A stretch of DNA of 40,191 nt from Bacteroidota bacterium (GTDB lineage Bacteria; Bacteroidota; Bacteroidia; Chitinophagales; Saprospiraceae), in NCBI GenBank assembly GCA_003648285.1, contig QMOR01000001.1, positions 1 to 40,191 on the forward strand, in the 5' to 3' direction. The first letter of the stretch is position 1; each line of letters opens with the position of its first letter. The translations under genes and the position numbers were made by a program. Below the pieces are notes generated by a model that saw only the letters and a list, made by a program, of their open reading frames with translations, did no database searches and was not told where the DNA came from. Below are positions 27,767 through 36,687 of this stretch, piece after piece.

Positions 27767-29080
27767 ATGAATAAAAGCTTAATCAATATGAAATCACTAA
27801 TTATCGCCGTCGTGGTACTGTTAATCGCGATGCCAGTCGTAGCTCAGGATGCTACCAAGGATATGAAAAAAGCCGCTCGATCGGCTGGAAGTTACCGCCT
27901 TGACCCTGAAGCAAACAAAGACAAACTGTACGAGGCACAGGAACTGATAGACGGGGCGATCAATGACCCGGAACTTGCCAGTTCGGTGAAGGCGTGGCAG
28001 ACTTATGGTGAGGTATACACTGAAGTGATCAACAGTGAAGTACGTATACTGGCGATATCACAAGACACACCAATCGTGCATAGAGCGGCACCAACTAAAT
28101 GTGTACAGGGCTTTACTAAAGCCTATACTCTTGCAGAAAAAGGATTCGAAAAGCGCGATGCATTAAAGGGATTGTCGGCAGTTCTGAACAATGTCAGTTA
28201 CCTGGCAAGTATCATGCTGAGTGCTGGAGACTATCATGATTCATATGCCGCCTACACCGCCTTGATTGACGGGAATGACTTTCTCGTGGCAAATGGTGAG
28301 GCAAGTATCTACGAGAATCAAGAGGATTTTGAGCAACAAATATATTGGGGAGCTCTCGCTGCTTTTAGCGATGCCAACTACCCGGAAGCTGAGAAGCAGT
28401 TTGGCCGATTGTACAAGGTCGATTACGACAGCCCGGATATTTATTCAGCGATGTACGAAATCAAGAAGCAGCAGGGAGATGTCGAAGGTGCAGCGGTGAT
28501 ACTGTCGGAAGGCATGGCAAAATACCCTGAGGACAAAGGTCTGATGTTTGCCGAGATCAATGACGCACTTGCGAGAGGGGACCTCGAATCATTGGTCGGA
28601 AAACTGAAAGCAGCAATGGTGAGCGAGCCGGACAATATCACAATTCCTACCACACTTGGGAATGTGTATGACCAGATGTATCAAGAAGCAATTGCCGCTG
28701 AGGATTTTGAAGCCGCCGATATGTATTATGATGATGCCAAGATGTATTTCTCTAAAGCACTGGCGATGGATGACACGTACTTCGATGCAGTGTATATGAT
28801 GGGAGCTGTAGAGTATAACAAAGCAGCTCAACTGGCTAAAGAATTAAATTTGCTCGCAGAGGATTATTCTAAAGAAGGCACTAAAAAGTATGATTTGAAG
28901 AAGGAGGAAATGATGAGTCAGTTCGATACAGCACTTCCATATTTTATCAAAGCTGAATCCATCAACGGCACAGATCGCAATACATTGATCGCATTGCGTG
29001 AAATCTATGCGCGTAAAGATCAGCTTGAAAAATCCAATATATATAAGGACAAGATTGAGGCCTTGCCGGCCAATGATTAA
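27767..29080 (+). CDS. Secreted TPR-like repeat protein
   Basis: Signal peptide MKSLIIAVVVLLIAMPVVAQ. Helical repeats rich in Y/A/E/K. Candidate starts at ATG 27767 or 27788; the track uses the TTG at 27752. Confidence 0.8.
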   Translation: MNKSLINMKSLIIAVVVLLIAMPVVAQDATKDMKKAARSAGSYRLDPEANKDKLYEAQELIDGAINDPELASSVKAWQTYGEVYTEVINSEVRILAISQDTPIVHRAAPTKCVQGFTKAYTLAEKGFEKRDALKGLSAVLNNVSYLASIMLSAGDYHDSYAAYTALIDGNDFLVANGEASIYENQEDFEQQIYWGALAAFSDANYPEAEKQFGRLYKVDYDSPDIYSAMYEIKKQQGDVEGAAVILSEGMAKYPEDKGLMFAEINDALARGDLESLVGKLKAAMVSEPDNITIPTTLGNVYDQMYQEAIAAEDFEAADMYYDDAKMYFSKALAMDDTYFDAVYMMGAVEYNKAAQLAKELNLLAEDYSKEGTKKYDLKKEEMMSQFDTALPYFIKAESINGTDRNTLIALREIYARKDQLEKSNIYKDKIEALPAND

Positions 29081-29105
29081 TAATTTAGGTTGAGAATATA
29101 AATGA

Positions 29106-29133
29106 GGGCGCGTCGATTGATGCGCCCTTTTTT
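29106..29133 (+). terminator. Rho-independent terminator after the TPR gene
   Basis: GGGCGCGTC-GATT-GATGCGCCC forms a 9-bp stem with one G:U pair and a 4-nt loop, followed by TTTTTT at 29128-29133. Confidence 0.8.
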
Positions 29134-29673
29134 GTGAGATTATCTATTTTACACTTCGACGATAAGCAAGTGGATAGATTCTCCAATATTCTTGAACAGA
29201 TAAGCAGGTGGGTAGGTGAGCGTGCCAAATGGCTCACAACTGCACTTGTGATACTGATATTCGTCGATGTTGTACTCCGTTATTTGTTTTCAATTACCAG
29301 TGCATGGGTGATCGAATTGGAGTGGCACTTATTTGCCCTGATTTTTATTCTCGGAGCCGCTTTTACTCTCGCTGAAGATCAGCACGTTCGGGTGGATGTC
29401 TTCTATACCCGTTTTTCACCACGAAGAAAAGCCTGGGTCAACCTTGTGGGGACAATTCTCTTCCTAATTCCGTGGTGCCTGATCGTGATTTACACATCGT
29501 ACCATTATGCAGACAATTCCTTTGCAGTAAGAGAGATCTCGGCTGATCCAGGGGGTTTACCAGCGAGGTATGTGATCAAGTTTTCGGTTACTGTAGGATT
29601 TACGTTGCTTTTACTACAAGCACTTTCGCTTTGTCTGAAATCAATTGCGATCATTATAAAAAAGGAAGCGTAG
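29134..29673 (+). CDS. TRAP transporter small permease (DctQ family, COG4665-like)
   Basis: Four hydrophobic segments and VDVVLRYLF. Its stop directly abuts the dctM-like ATG. The GTG at 29134 touches the terminator T-tract. The in-frame GTG at 29170 (MDRFSNILEQISRW...) is an equally plausible start. Confidence 0.8.
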   Translation: MRLSILHFDDKQVDRFSNILEQISRWVGERAKWLTTALVILIFVDVVLRYLFSITSAWVIELEWHLFALIFILGAAFTLAEDQHVRVDVFYTRFSPRRKAWVNLVGTILFLIPWCLIVIYTSYHYADNSFAVREISADPGGLPARYVIKFSVTVGFTLLLLQALSLCLKSIAIIIKKEA

Positions 29674-30972
29674 ATGGAGGTACTTGCGCTCATACTTTTC
29701 CTCTGTATCTTCTTGTTTATCCTGTTTGGATATCCTGTGGCATTCACGTTAGGTGGTATCTCTGCAATTGTCGGTTATTACGCCCTGGGCCCAAGTTTCT
29801 TCAATTTTCTTCCGTCGAGGATCATGGGCGTGATGAGCAATTACGTACTCATGGCCGTCCCGCTATTTGTCTACATGGGTATCATGCTCGAAAAATCAGG
29901 GTTGGCAGAAAGCCTGTTGGAGACCATGGCTATGCTATTTGGCAAGGTGAAGGGTGGGCTGGCCATTTCCGTGATGATCGTAGGAGCTTTATTGGCGGCT
30001 TCGACAGGTATCGTGGGTGCAACTGTAATCACGATGGGCCTGATCAGCTTGCCGACTATGTTAAAACGGAACTACAAGCCCGAGCTGGCTGCCGGGACAG
30101 TTGCATCTGCTGGAACACTCGGACAGATAATTCCTCCGTCAGTAGTCCTGGTGCTCCTGGGTAGTGTTTTGAATGTGAGCGTGGGTGAGTTGTTTAAGGC
30201 TGCACTCTTGCCCGGTGTCCTGCTCGTGGGTGTTTACATCATCTATATTCTCATTGCGGCCAAACTCAATCCCACAATCGCACCTGCTATCCCCAAGGAG
30301 GAAATTGATGCCTTTAAAGCGGACAATTTTATACGAAAAATGATCATTGCATTCTTACTTCCCCTCACATTGATCGTAGCGGTTCTTGGTTCGATTTTCG
30401 CGGGTATTGCCTCTCCGACTGAGGCCGCAGCCGTGGGCGCCGTCGGTGCTACTGTCCTCACGATCGCTCAAGGCAAATTCTCACTGAAAATCCTCAAAGA
30501 TGTGATGCGCGGAACGACGTACCTGACGACCATGGTGTTTCTGATCTTGCTGGGTGCCACAACCTTCGCCCTGGTCTTCAGAGGTCTTGGCGGAGATACT
30601 TATCTCGTTGAGCTTATTGAGGCTGCGCAAATGTCTCCAACTGTCTTTCTCCTGATCGTGATGTTGGTCGTTTTCATTGCGGGTTTCTTTATAGACTTTA
30701 TAGAGATCATCTTTATTATCGTCCCCGTTGTCGCGCCAATATTTGTGAACTATGGCATGGATCTGGTTTGGATAGGAGTGCTGCTCGCGCTGAATCTTCA
30801 ATCCTCTTTTCTATCTCCTCCTTTCGGGTTTTCTCTTTTTTATCTGAAGGGAGTGGCGCCGCCGCAGATTACGACTGCGCATATCTATCGTGGGATAGTG
30901 CCGTTTTTGATCATTCAGTTGTTCTTTCTGGCACTGGTGCTTTTTGTGCCGAAGCTTGTGTTTATGTTTTAG
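29674..30972 (+). CDS. TRAP transporter large permease (DctM family)
   Basis: 432 aa and polytopic. Typical DctM-like segments: GYPVAFTLGG, LFVYMGIMLEKSG, GTLGQIIPPS and PPFGFSLFYLKGV. Confidence 0.9.
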   Translation: MEVLALILFLCIFLFILFGYPVAFTLGGISAIVGYYALGPSFFNFLPSRIMGVMSNYVLMAVPLFVYMGIMLEKSGLAESLLETMAMLFGKVKGGLAISVMIVGALLAASTGIVGATVITMGLISLPTMLKRNYKPELAAGTVASAGTLGQIIPPSVVLVLLGSVLNVSVGELFKAALLPGVLLVGVYIIYILIAAKLNPTIAPAIPKEEIDAFKADNFIRKMIIAFLLPLTLIVAVLGSIFAGIASPTEAAAVGAVGATVLTIAQGKFSLKILKDVMRGTTYLTTMVFLILLGATTFALVFRGLGGDTYLVELIEAAQMSPTVFLLIVMLVVFIAGFFIDFIEIIFIIVPVVAPIFVNYGMDLVWIGVLLALNLQSSFLSPPFGFSLFYLKGVAPPQITTAHIYRGIVPFLIIQLFFLALVLFVPKLVFMF

Positions 30973-31110
30973 GTGTTATTGTTTCGTGAGAAAAGAGAGG
31001 GGACAATTGACAGAGTGTGTAATCACCTAATAGGTGTCAGGCTGTGCATTATGTCCTGCTTTTAATGTGATACAGAAGAGGTATGTTCAAAGGACTCCTT
31101 TGGAGATGTA

Positions 31111-31195
31111 TGATGTATGATATCTGATGTCTGATCTTTGAATTCCGAGGAGGCATTTTTATAATCAAAAATCATATTTCAGATATCATACATCA
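31111..31195. repeat. Perfect 17-bp inverted repeat with a 51-nt spacer, between the convergent TRAP genes
   Basis: TGATGTATGATATCTGA (31111-31127) is the exact reverse complement of TCAGATATCATACATCA (31179-31195). GATATC-containing sub-repeats flank both arms. Confidence 0.6.
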
Positions 31196-31233
31196 GATAT
31201 CGATCATAAAACCAGTAGATGTGATTCTCAGAA

Positions 31234-32394
31234 TCACAACGCACTGTAAAACTTCTTTTCGGATACAGCCGCCCATCCACCTATCTTCTTCTGAAAAGAA
31301 CTCAGGCTTTCATAGACCTTTCTACTCATCGCATCACCTTCAACCAGCTCGTCAATCACCTCTTTCGAAATAGTACGTAACTCTGCAATGACATCATCCG
31401 GAAAACTCAGGACCTCGACATCAGCTTCATTCCTGATTTTTTGGAGGTATTCTGCATTCTGTGCTTCAAACTCGGATAGCATCCAGATATTGAGACGGGC
31501 AGCAGCCGTTTTGACGATCACCTGCAAATGCTTTGGTAATTGCTCGAATTTGTGTTTGTTCACAAAGATCTCGAGAGTTGTCCCTGGTTCATGCCATCCC
31601 GGATAATAGTAATAGTCAGCTATCTGGTGAAACCCCATCAGGTAATCGTGATATGGTCCTATCCACTCTGTCGCGTCGATGACTCCGCGTTCCAGGTTGG
31701 TATAAATTTCACTACCTGCAGACAAGACAGCTGTGCCACCGGCACGAACAAGTACTTTGCCACCGAGTCCGGGTATACGCATCTTTAGACCCTTGAGGTC
31801 ATGGATGCTGTTTATTTTTCGATTAAACCATCCACCCATCTGCACACCGGTATTGCCACCCGGCATGGGGATCACATTGAAAGGGGCATAGACTTCTTCC
31901 CATAATTCGATCCCGCCTCCGCAGTAGAGCCATGCATTCATCTGTTGTGCATTCAGCCCAAAGGGGATTGAGGCAAAAAACTGGGTAGCAGCAGCCTTTC
32001 CGGCCCAATAGTATGAGGCACCGCTCCCTATCTCTGCCGTGCCGCTACTAACGGCATCAAAAGCCTCCAGTGCGGGAATCAGCTCACCACCACCGTAGAC
32101 CTTGATTTTTAACTGGCCTGCAGACATATTGTCGACCCATTGGGCAAACATCTTCAGTCCCTCCGCTAAAACAGGAAGGTTGGGCGGCCATGTCGTTACC
32201 ATATTCCAACGAAACTTCTTTCCGGTATTTACTGCCGGACCACTATTACTCTCATCTGTGGTTCTTGAACAGGAATTGAGCGCAAGACCGACACCGACGG
32301 CACCAATAGCAGATGCGCGTAGAAATTTACTTCTGGAAATTGATGACCTTTCGTTGTCCTTCATGAATGTATTCTTTCTTGTTGTGGAGCCCAT
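31234..32394 (-). CDS. TRAP transporter substrate-binding protein (COG4663/FcbT1-like) with a Tat-like signal and a lipobox-like Cys
   Basis: SRSKFLRASAIGAVGVGLALNSC, then FRWNMVTTWPPNLP...FDAVSSGTAEIGSGASYYWAGK..QFFASIPFGL. Candidate starts at ATG 32394 or 32364. The track ORF start at 32502 is unlikely. Confidence 0.85.
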   Translation of the reverse strand: MGSTTRKNTFMKDNERSSISRSKFLRASAIGAVGVGLALNSCSRTTDESNSGPAVNTGKKFRWNMVTTWPPNLPVLAEGLKMFAQWVDNMSAGQLKIKVYGGGELIPALEAFDAVSSGTAEIGSGASYYWAGKAAATQFFASIPFGLNAQQMNAWLYCGGGIELWEEVYAPFNVIPMPGGNTGVQMGGWFNRKINSIHDLKGLKMRIPGLGGKVLVRAGGTAVLSAGSEIYTNLERGVIDATEWIGPYHDYLMGFHQIADYYYYPGWHEPGTTLEIFVNKHKFEQLPKHLQVIVKTAAARLNIWMLSEFEAQNAEYLQKIRNEADVEVLSFPDDVIAELRTISKEVIDELVEGDAMSRKVYESLSSFQKKIGGWAAVSEKKFYSAL

Positions 32395-32453
32395 ATTGAC
32401 ACGTGCAAATCCTATCTTCGCATCGCATTTAAAATAATATGTAAAATACAAAT

Positions 32454-32936
32454 ATGAAAGAGGCTGAAGCATTAAACGGGGTATCCAAATTTCACAATAC
32501 ATTCGATCTCCCGGTTTTACAGGAACCGATCATCCCATCAGCAGACAGATGTCGCCTGCGGATCAATTTGCTTCAGGAAGAACTTGACGAGCTGAAGGCC
32601 GCGATTGATGACAATGATCTCGTGGAAGTTGCAGATGCTTTGTGTGATATACAATACGTCCTTTCGGGTGCGATTCTCGAGTTTGGTCTGGGAAGACGGT
32701 TTGCAGGATTGTTTGGGGAAGTGCAGCGCTCAAACATGAGCAAGGTATGTGAGACGAGGGAGGTGGCAGAGGCCACTTTGACGCACTATCAGGAAAATAA
32801 GAATACCGAAGGCTATATTGTCGAACGCGATGGTGAATATCTCGTCTACCGCAAATCCGATAATAAGGTATTGAAGTCAGTCAATTATTCTCCAGCAGAT
32901 CTTGCCGGAATGTTAGCTGAACAAGCTCCAATATAG
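32454..32936 (+). CDS. MazG-like nucleoside triphosphate pyrophosphohydrolase family protein
   Basis: All-alpha NTP-PPase pattern with acidic metal ligands (LLQEELDELKAAIDDNDLVEVADALCD). Length is 160 aa. Confidence 0.65.
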   Translation: MKEAEALNGVSKFHNTFDLPVLQEPIIPSADRCRLRINLLQEELDELKAAIDDNDLVEVADALCDIQYVLSGAILEFGLGRRFAGLFGEVQRSNMSKVCETREVAEATLTHYQENKNTEGYIVERDGEYLVYRKSDNKVLKSVNYSPADLAGMLAEQAPI

Positions 32937-32976
32937 CCTTCGGTATCTTAAAAAATGATGCTCGCGGGGCCAGTAG

Positions 32977-34020
32977 CTACAGCCCCATTATGATATCTTT
33001 TATTTCCTCAAATGTCATCTTGACCGGTTCCATATTTTCAAGGTGATCTACCTCGATCACAGTTTCAACAAGGTCAAAATAATAACAGTCTTCGCCGAGC
33101 TCGGAGATAACAACGAACTTTACGGGAGCACCAATGGGTACACCGACCTTGATATAGTTTGTGTAGTAATTGCAAAACAACATTTCGTCTGGATTGCCTG
33201 GCAGCCGAATGATGCCATTGAAGTCATCAAAAATCAGGTATACAACAGAATTTGTATTGCCAAAACTGTCAGGCAATGCCACGCAGGCATCAGTAATTTC
33301 ATCTTCCGCCAATTCCATAAATAGATCAATATTGATCCAATTGAGACTATCACTCCAGCAATCGTAACCAAATCCATCTAGAATATCTCCGCCACCATTG
33401 GTAGAATCAAGCTGTATGGTCCATTCACTGACACGTACATTATCCCACGTACTTGGGTCGTCATCTGCATCGTCCCAGGTTTCGCCCATCTCACCCGTCA
33501 CCGGATCAACTTGCGTGTCCGTGGTATACCACAGTTCCATGCGATCTTTCGGGTTGGAATCGACTACGCGAAATCGCACCTGTTTTCCAGGCTCTAATTC
33601 CAGTTTTTGACCATTCTGACTCACACTTAAATGAAATTCTCCACCGGATTGTAGTAAATTCCCATGGCTCTCGGTCTGAATTCCCATCAGCAGTATTTCA
33701 CCGGGAGTGCGCAATTCAATAATATCCACATCAATGACGCCCGTAACACTCGCGCCAGTAACCGGATTAATAAATCCAGCTGGGGGAATATCAATAATAG
33801 TTTCATGCTTTGTCACAATCATGAATCCCCAATCAGCATAGCCGCTAAAAGTTTCGGTGAATTCACTCTCGTCAATCGCGTCGAAAAAATTGCCAATATC
33901 ACCGACAAGTTCATTGCCTCCGGGATCTGTAACCAGATCCGGCACAAACTCGTCAATGTCATCTGCACATCCCCAAAGCCCCAACGACAGCAGGAATAAT
34001 CCAATTTTCAACAGTTTCAT
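32977..34020 (-). CDS. Acidic lipoprotein of unknown function
   Basis: MKLLKIGLFLLSLGLWGCADD (lipobox LWGC). Very D/E-rich mature part. The ATG at 34020 is preferred over the TTG at 34041. It sits downstream of the sigma / barrel-protein pair on the same strand. Confidence 0.75.
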   Translation of the reverse strand: MKLLKIGLFLLSLGLWGCADDIDEFVPDLVTDPGGNELVGDIGNFFDAIDESEFTETFSGYADWGFMIVTKHETIIDIPPAGFINPVTGASVTGVIDVDIIELRTPGEILLMGIQTESHGNLLQSGGEFHLSVSQNGQKLELEPGKQVRFRVVDSNPKDRMELWYTTDTQVDPVTGEMGETWDDADDDPSTWDNVRVSEWTIQLDSTNGGGDILDGFGYDCWSDSLNWINIDLFMELAEDEITDACVALPDSFGNTNSVVYLIFDDFNGIIRLPGNPDEMLFCNYYTNYIKVGVPIGAPVKFVVISELGEDCYYFDLVETVIEVDHLENMEPVKMTFEEIKDIIMGL

Positions 34021-34092
34021 AAAAAATGATTTAATAAACAATAAATAATAGATGTAATAGGCATTGTAAAGTGCCTGAATTCTTTATTTGTC

Positions 34093-35529
34093 CTACAGTT
34101 TAAGCCTCACTCCAATGGACAATCCAATATTAGTTTGCTTCTGATCGACAGGGTAGGAGTCGAGTGTGATACTCTTCAATCGGTACTGAAAGTGCGGCTC
34201 TACAAAAGCCCAGAGGTTATTTCCAATACGCTTTGAGGCATAGAATCCGGCATAAATACTCATGCCGATTTTGTCCTTGAAAACCGGGTGGTAATCCATG
34301 GCAGACTCGTCGGAAAATGATCCGACAAGGCCTGTTGCCGGATCGATCATATCGCCCTTGGTATTGAATGCAATATTAAAAACCGGTCCTGCCTGTATGC
34401 CGAGATCCCAGTTTCCATTATCTATTCGATATCCAATGAGTAGTGGAATATCGATAGCGTGATATCTGTTTTGTGTTTGCTTGGTGCGTGTTCCCGTTTC
34501 CAATGTGGTGTCAAAACCAATCGGGTTGCCATTAGAATCAAAAATTGTTTCAATGATTATTCGTTCATACCGTGACACGTCCTTAAACACTTCGTTTACG
34601 AGCGTATAATGTACACCTGCACGGCCTGTCAACCCGGATGAATGTTCATATCCAACTCTCAGTCCCGCATGCCATGACAATTGCGAGCTTTCAGTAGAAT
34701 CACGTGCACTGATATAATCGTCCACATTTTCACCCTTGGAACTCAGGTTTTTCAACGAGAATGAAGGACCAGTATAAACTTCCAAAAGGAAACGCCCCGC
34801 AGATTTTTTATCAAAAGCGTAGCAGTCTGTCACTTTCAATCCGATCTCTGTTTCATAGGTAACTCCAGTATTGAGCGGATCGATCGGAGCAATTCCAATT
34901 CCATCATGCCGCTCAGTGCTCTCATTATCATGCATCTCCAAACCGGATAATGGATTGGTCTCCAATACGTCAGCCCCTGTCTCTAAATCTCCTGCATCTG
35001 CCGGTAAATTGGCGGCAGTACTTGATTGTTGCGACGACTTATTGTCTACATCATATGTCGGCTCTGCTTGAATACTCGGGCTTACCTCGGATGCTACAGC
35101 AGCGAGGCCCGATGATTTAACTGATGTTGAATTTGCAGTTGCAAGTTCGTTGCTGGTTGTTATCGATTCGGCCTCAGGATCATTTTCTTCAGATGAAGTG
35201 TTAGCGTTTGCAGTTTCAGTCGCTTCCTGCTCTTTCGTTAAATCATTCGTCTCATTCAAGTCCGGTGTCAATGCAAGCGCCTGTTGAACATTTGAACCTT
35301 CAGGAGGCGTAGATTCATTATTCTGTGTACTGCTGTCAGGCCATAGCACAAGTGCCATGATGATTGCCACGACGAGAGCAGAACCAATAAGCCAATAGGG
35401 AATAGCTCTTCCCGAATTCTTTGGTGCAGGCAAATTCGCCTGAATTGCCTCCCAGGTCCCGGCAGGTACTGCGGCCGAGTTTCCCTTTAGTCCTTTTTTA
35501 AATGCGCGATCCAGGGGATGCGTTCTCAT
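34093..35529 (-). CDS. Anti-sigma-like membrane protein: short cytoplasmic N-terminus, one TM helix, low-complexity linker and a C-terminal OM beta-barrel-type domain
   Basis: Its ATG overlaps the sigma gene stop (ATGA at 35526-35529). TM helix YWLIGSALVVAIIMALVLW. A roughly 150-aa S/T/N/E-rich linker. The last 250 aa or so alternate in beta-strand fashion and end in IGLSIGVRLKL. No zinc anti-sigma (HxxxCxxC) motif. Confidence 0.8.
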   Translation of the reverse strand: MRTHPLDRAFKKGLKGNSAAVPAGTWEAIQANLPAPKNSGRAIPYWLIGSALVVAIIMALVLWPDSSTQNNESTPPEGSNVQQALALTPDLNETNDLTKEQEATETANANTSSEENDPEAESITTSNELATANSTSVKSSGLAAVASEVSPSIQAEPTYDVDNKSSQQSSTAANLPADAGDLETGADVLETNPLSGLEMHDNESTERHDGIGIAPIDPLNTGVTYETEIGLKVTDCYAFDKKSAGRFLLEVYTGPSFSLKNLSSKGENVDDYISARDSTESSQLSWHAGLRVGYEHSSGLTGRAGVHYTLVNEVFKDVSRYERIIIETIFDSNGNPIGFDTTLETGTRTKQTQNRYHAIDIPLLIGYRIDNGNWDLGIQAGPVFNIAFNTKGDMIDPATGLVGSFSDESAMDYHPVFKDKIGMSIYAGFYASKRIGNNLWAFVEPHFQYRLKSITLDSYPVDQKQTNIGLSIGVRLKL

Positions 35530-36062
35530 ATCAGTATTTTTTGCAGATCAGCGACCTGAGTTTGTAACATATTGCGCGCCTTTACAAGTTGTGAGCGCGA
35601 AGTACTTTCCTTTATTCCGAGTTTTTCAGCAATCTCTTTGTGGCTGAAACCCTCAATGGCATACATATTAAACACGGTGCGGTACCCGTCCGGCAAGCTT
35701 TGAACCAATCTGAGTAGTTCTCTCTCACCAAGTTCACTCAGGGCGGTAGCATCCACTTTATGGGAGTAGGCATGATCTATTGCTACATTTCCATTGTGCT
35801 TTCGCATGCGGTGATAATACTTGATGGCTGTATGGACGAAAATGCGTCGTGCCCAGCCTTCAAATGAACCCTTTCCTTTGAATGAGTCAAGATTTCCAAA
35901 CAACCGGATAAATCCCTCTTGAAGCATGTCTTGTGCTTCAACCTGATCACATGCATACCGCAGACACACATAGTACATCTTGCCCGAAAAATGATCGAAC
36001 ATTTCCTTCTGTGCTTGTGGATTGCCTGCCAGACATTTCTTGATCAGAGTTTGATAGTCCAA
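35526..36062 (-). CDS. ECF-type RNA polymerase sigma-70 family factor
   Basis: Region 2 (DMLQEGFIRLFGNLDSF, WARRIFVHTAIKYY) and region 4 HTH (GFSHKEIAEKLGIKESTSRSQLVKAR). A TTG start is inferred. Confidence 0.9.
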   Translation of the reverse strand: MDYQTLIKKCLAGNPQAQKEMFDHFSGKMYYVCLRYACDQVEAQDMLQEGFIRLFGNLDSFKGKGSFEGWARRIFVHTAIKYYHRMRKHNGNVAIDHAYSHKVDATALSELGERELLRLVQSLPDGYRTVFNMYAIEGFSHKEIAEKLGIKESTSRSQLVKARNMLQTQVADLQKILI

Positions 36063-36150
36063 ATATCCCTTTGTTTCTTGACTAAATAGACCTGAGGCTA
36101 TAACGATTCGCTGCCTGAGATGTTATAAGACTTCAAATTAGCGCGATTCT

Positions 36151-36687
36151 TCACTTACCACGCTTTTTCATTTTGCCTAACTGAGCAGCCACATTACGAC
36201 CACAACTCAGTAATCCCTTCGACTCACTGAGTGCAAAACCGTCGGCTACTGAAAGTACCTCATCACACAATTCCGGATATTTTTCGGCGATCCTTGCAAG
36301 GACTCTCAATGCAAATGCGCGTACTGCAATATCTTCTTTTGTTGAATTGGAGAATGCCCAGCAAAGATCATAAGCGGAGCCTTCAACAACTTCAGGTATT
36401 GTACACTTCTGCATCACGCGCACCACATTCCGTTTTACCGCAACATGAGGCGGATTATTTTTAGCGTAGTCAATAAATCTGGCGAGATAAGGAACAACGA
36501 TGTCAGGATAGTTATCAGCACAATGGCTGATGATCCAGCCGGAACGTTGCACGATACGGACATCTTCATCGAAAAAAAGGTCTACCAATTCTTCGAAGCG
36601 CTTTAGGTCGTTGCCTATGTACGCAGAAACAAGAACGGCCTGGGATTTGGAGTGCTTTCTAAGAATTTCCTCTCGTATATGCATCAT
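36151..36687 (-). CDS. HEAT/ARM-like helical repeat protein, DNA-alkylation-repair (AlkD-like) family resemblance
   Basis: All-helical. VQRSGWIISHCADNYPDIVVPYL resembles the AlkD-family repeat IQKAIGWVLREY..NPD. Its start (MMHIREE) overlaps the sirtuin 3' end by about 29 nt. Confidence 0.6.
   Translation of the reverse strand: MMHIREEILRKHSKSQAVLVSAYIGNDLKRFEELVDLFFDEDVRIVQRSGWIISHCADNYPDIVVPYLARFIDYAKNNPPHVAVKRNVVRVMQKCTIPEVVEGSAYDLCWAFSNSTKEDIAVRAFALRVLARIAEKYPELCDEVLSVADGFALSESKGLLSCGRNVAAQLGKMKKRGK

Noticed and set aside
29631-30164. 177-aa alternative-frame ORF inside dctQ and dctM
   Set aside because: It is a same-strand overlap with two well-supported permease genes. The Arg/Gly/Cys-rich translation is typical of an off-frame read of membrane-protein codons.
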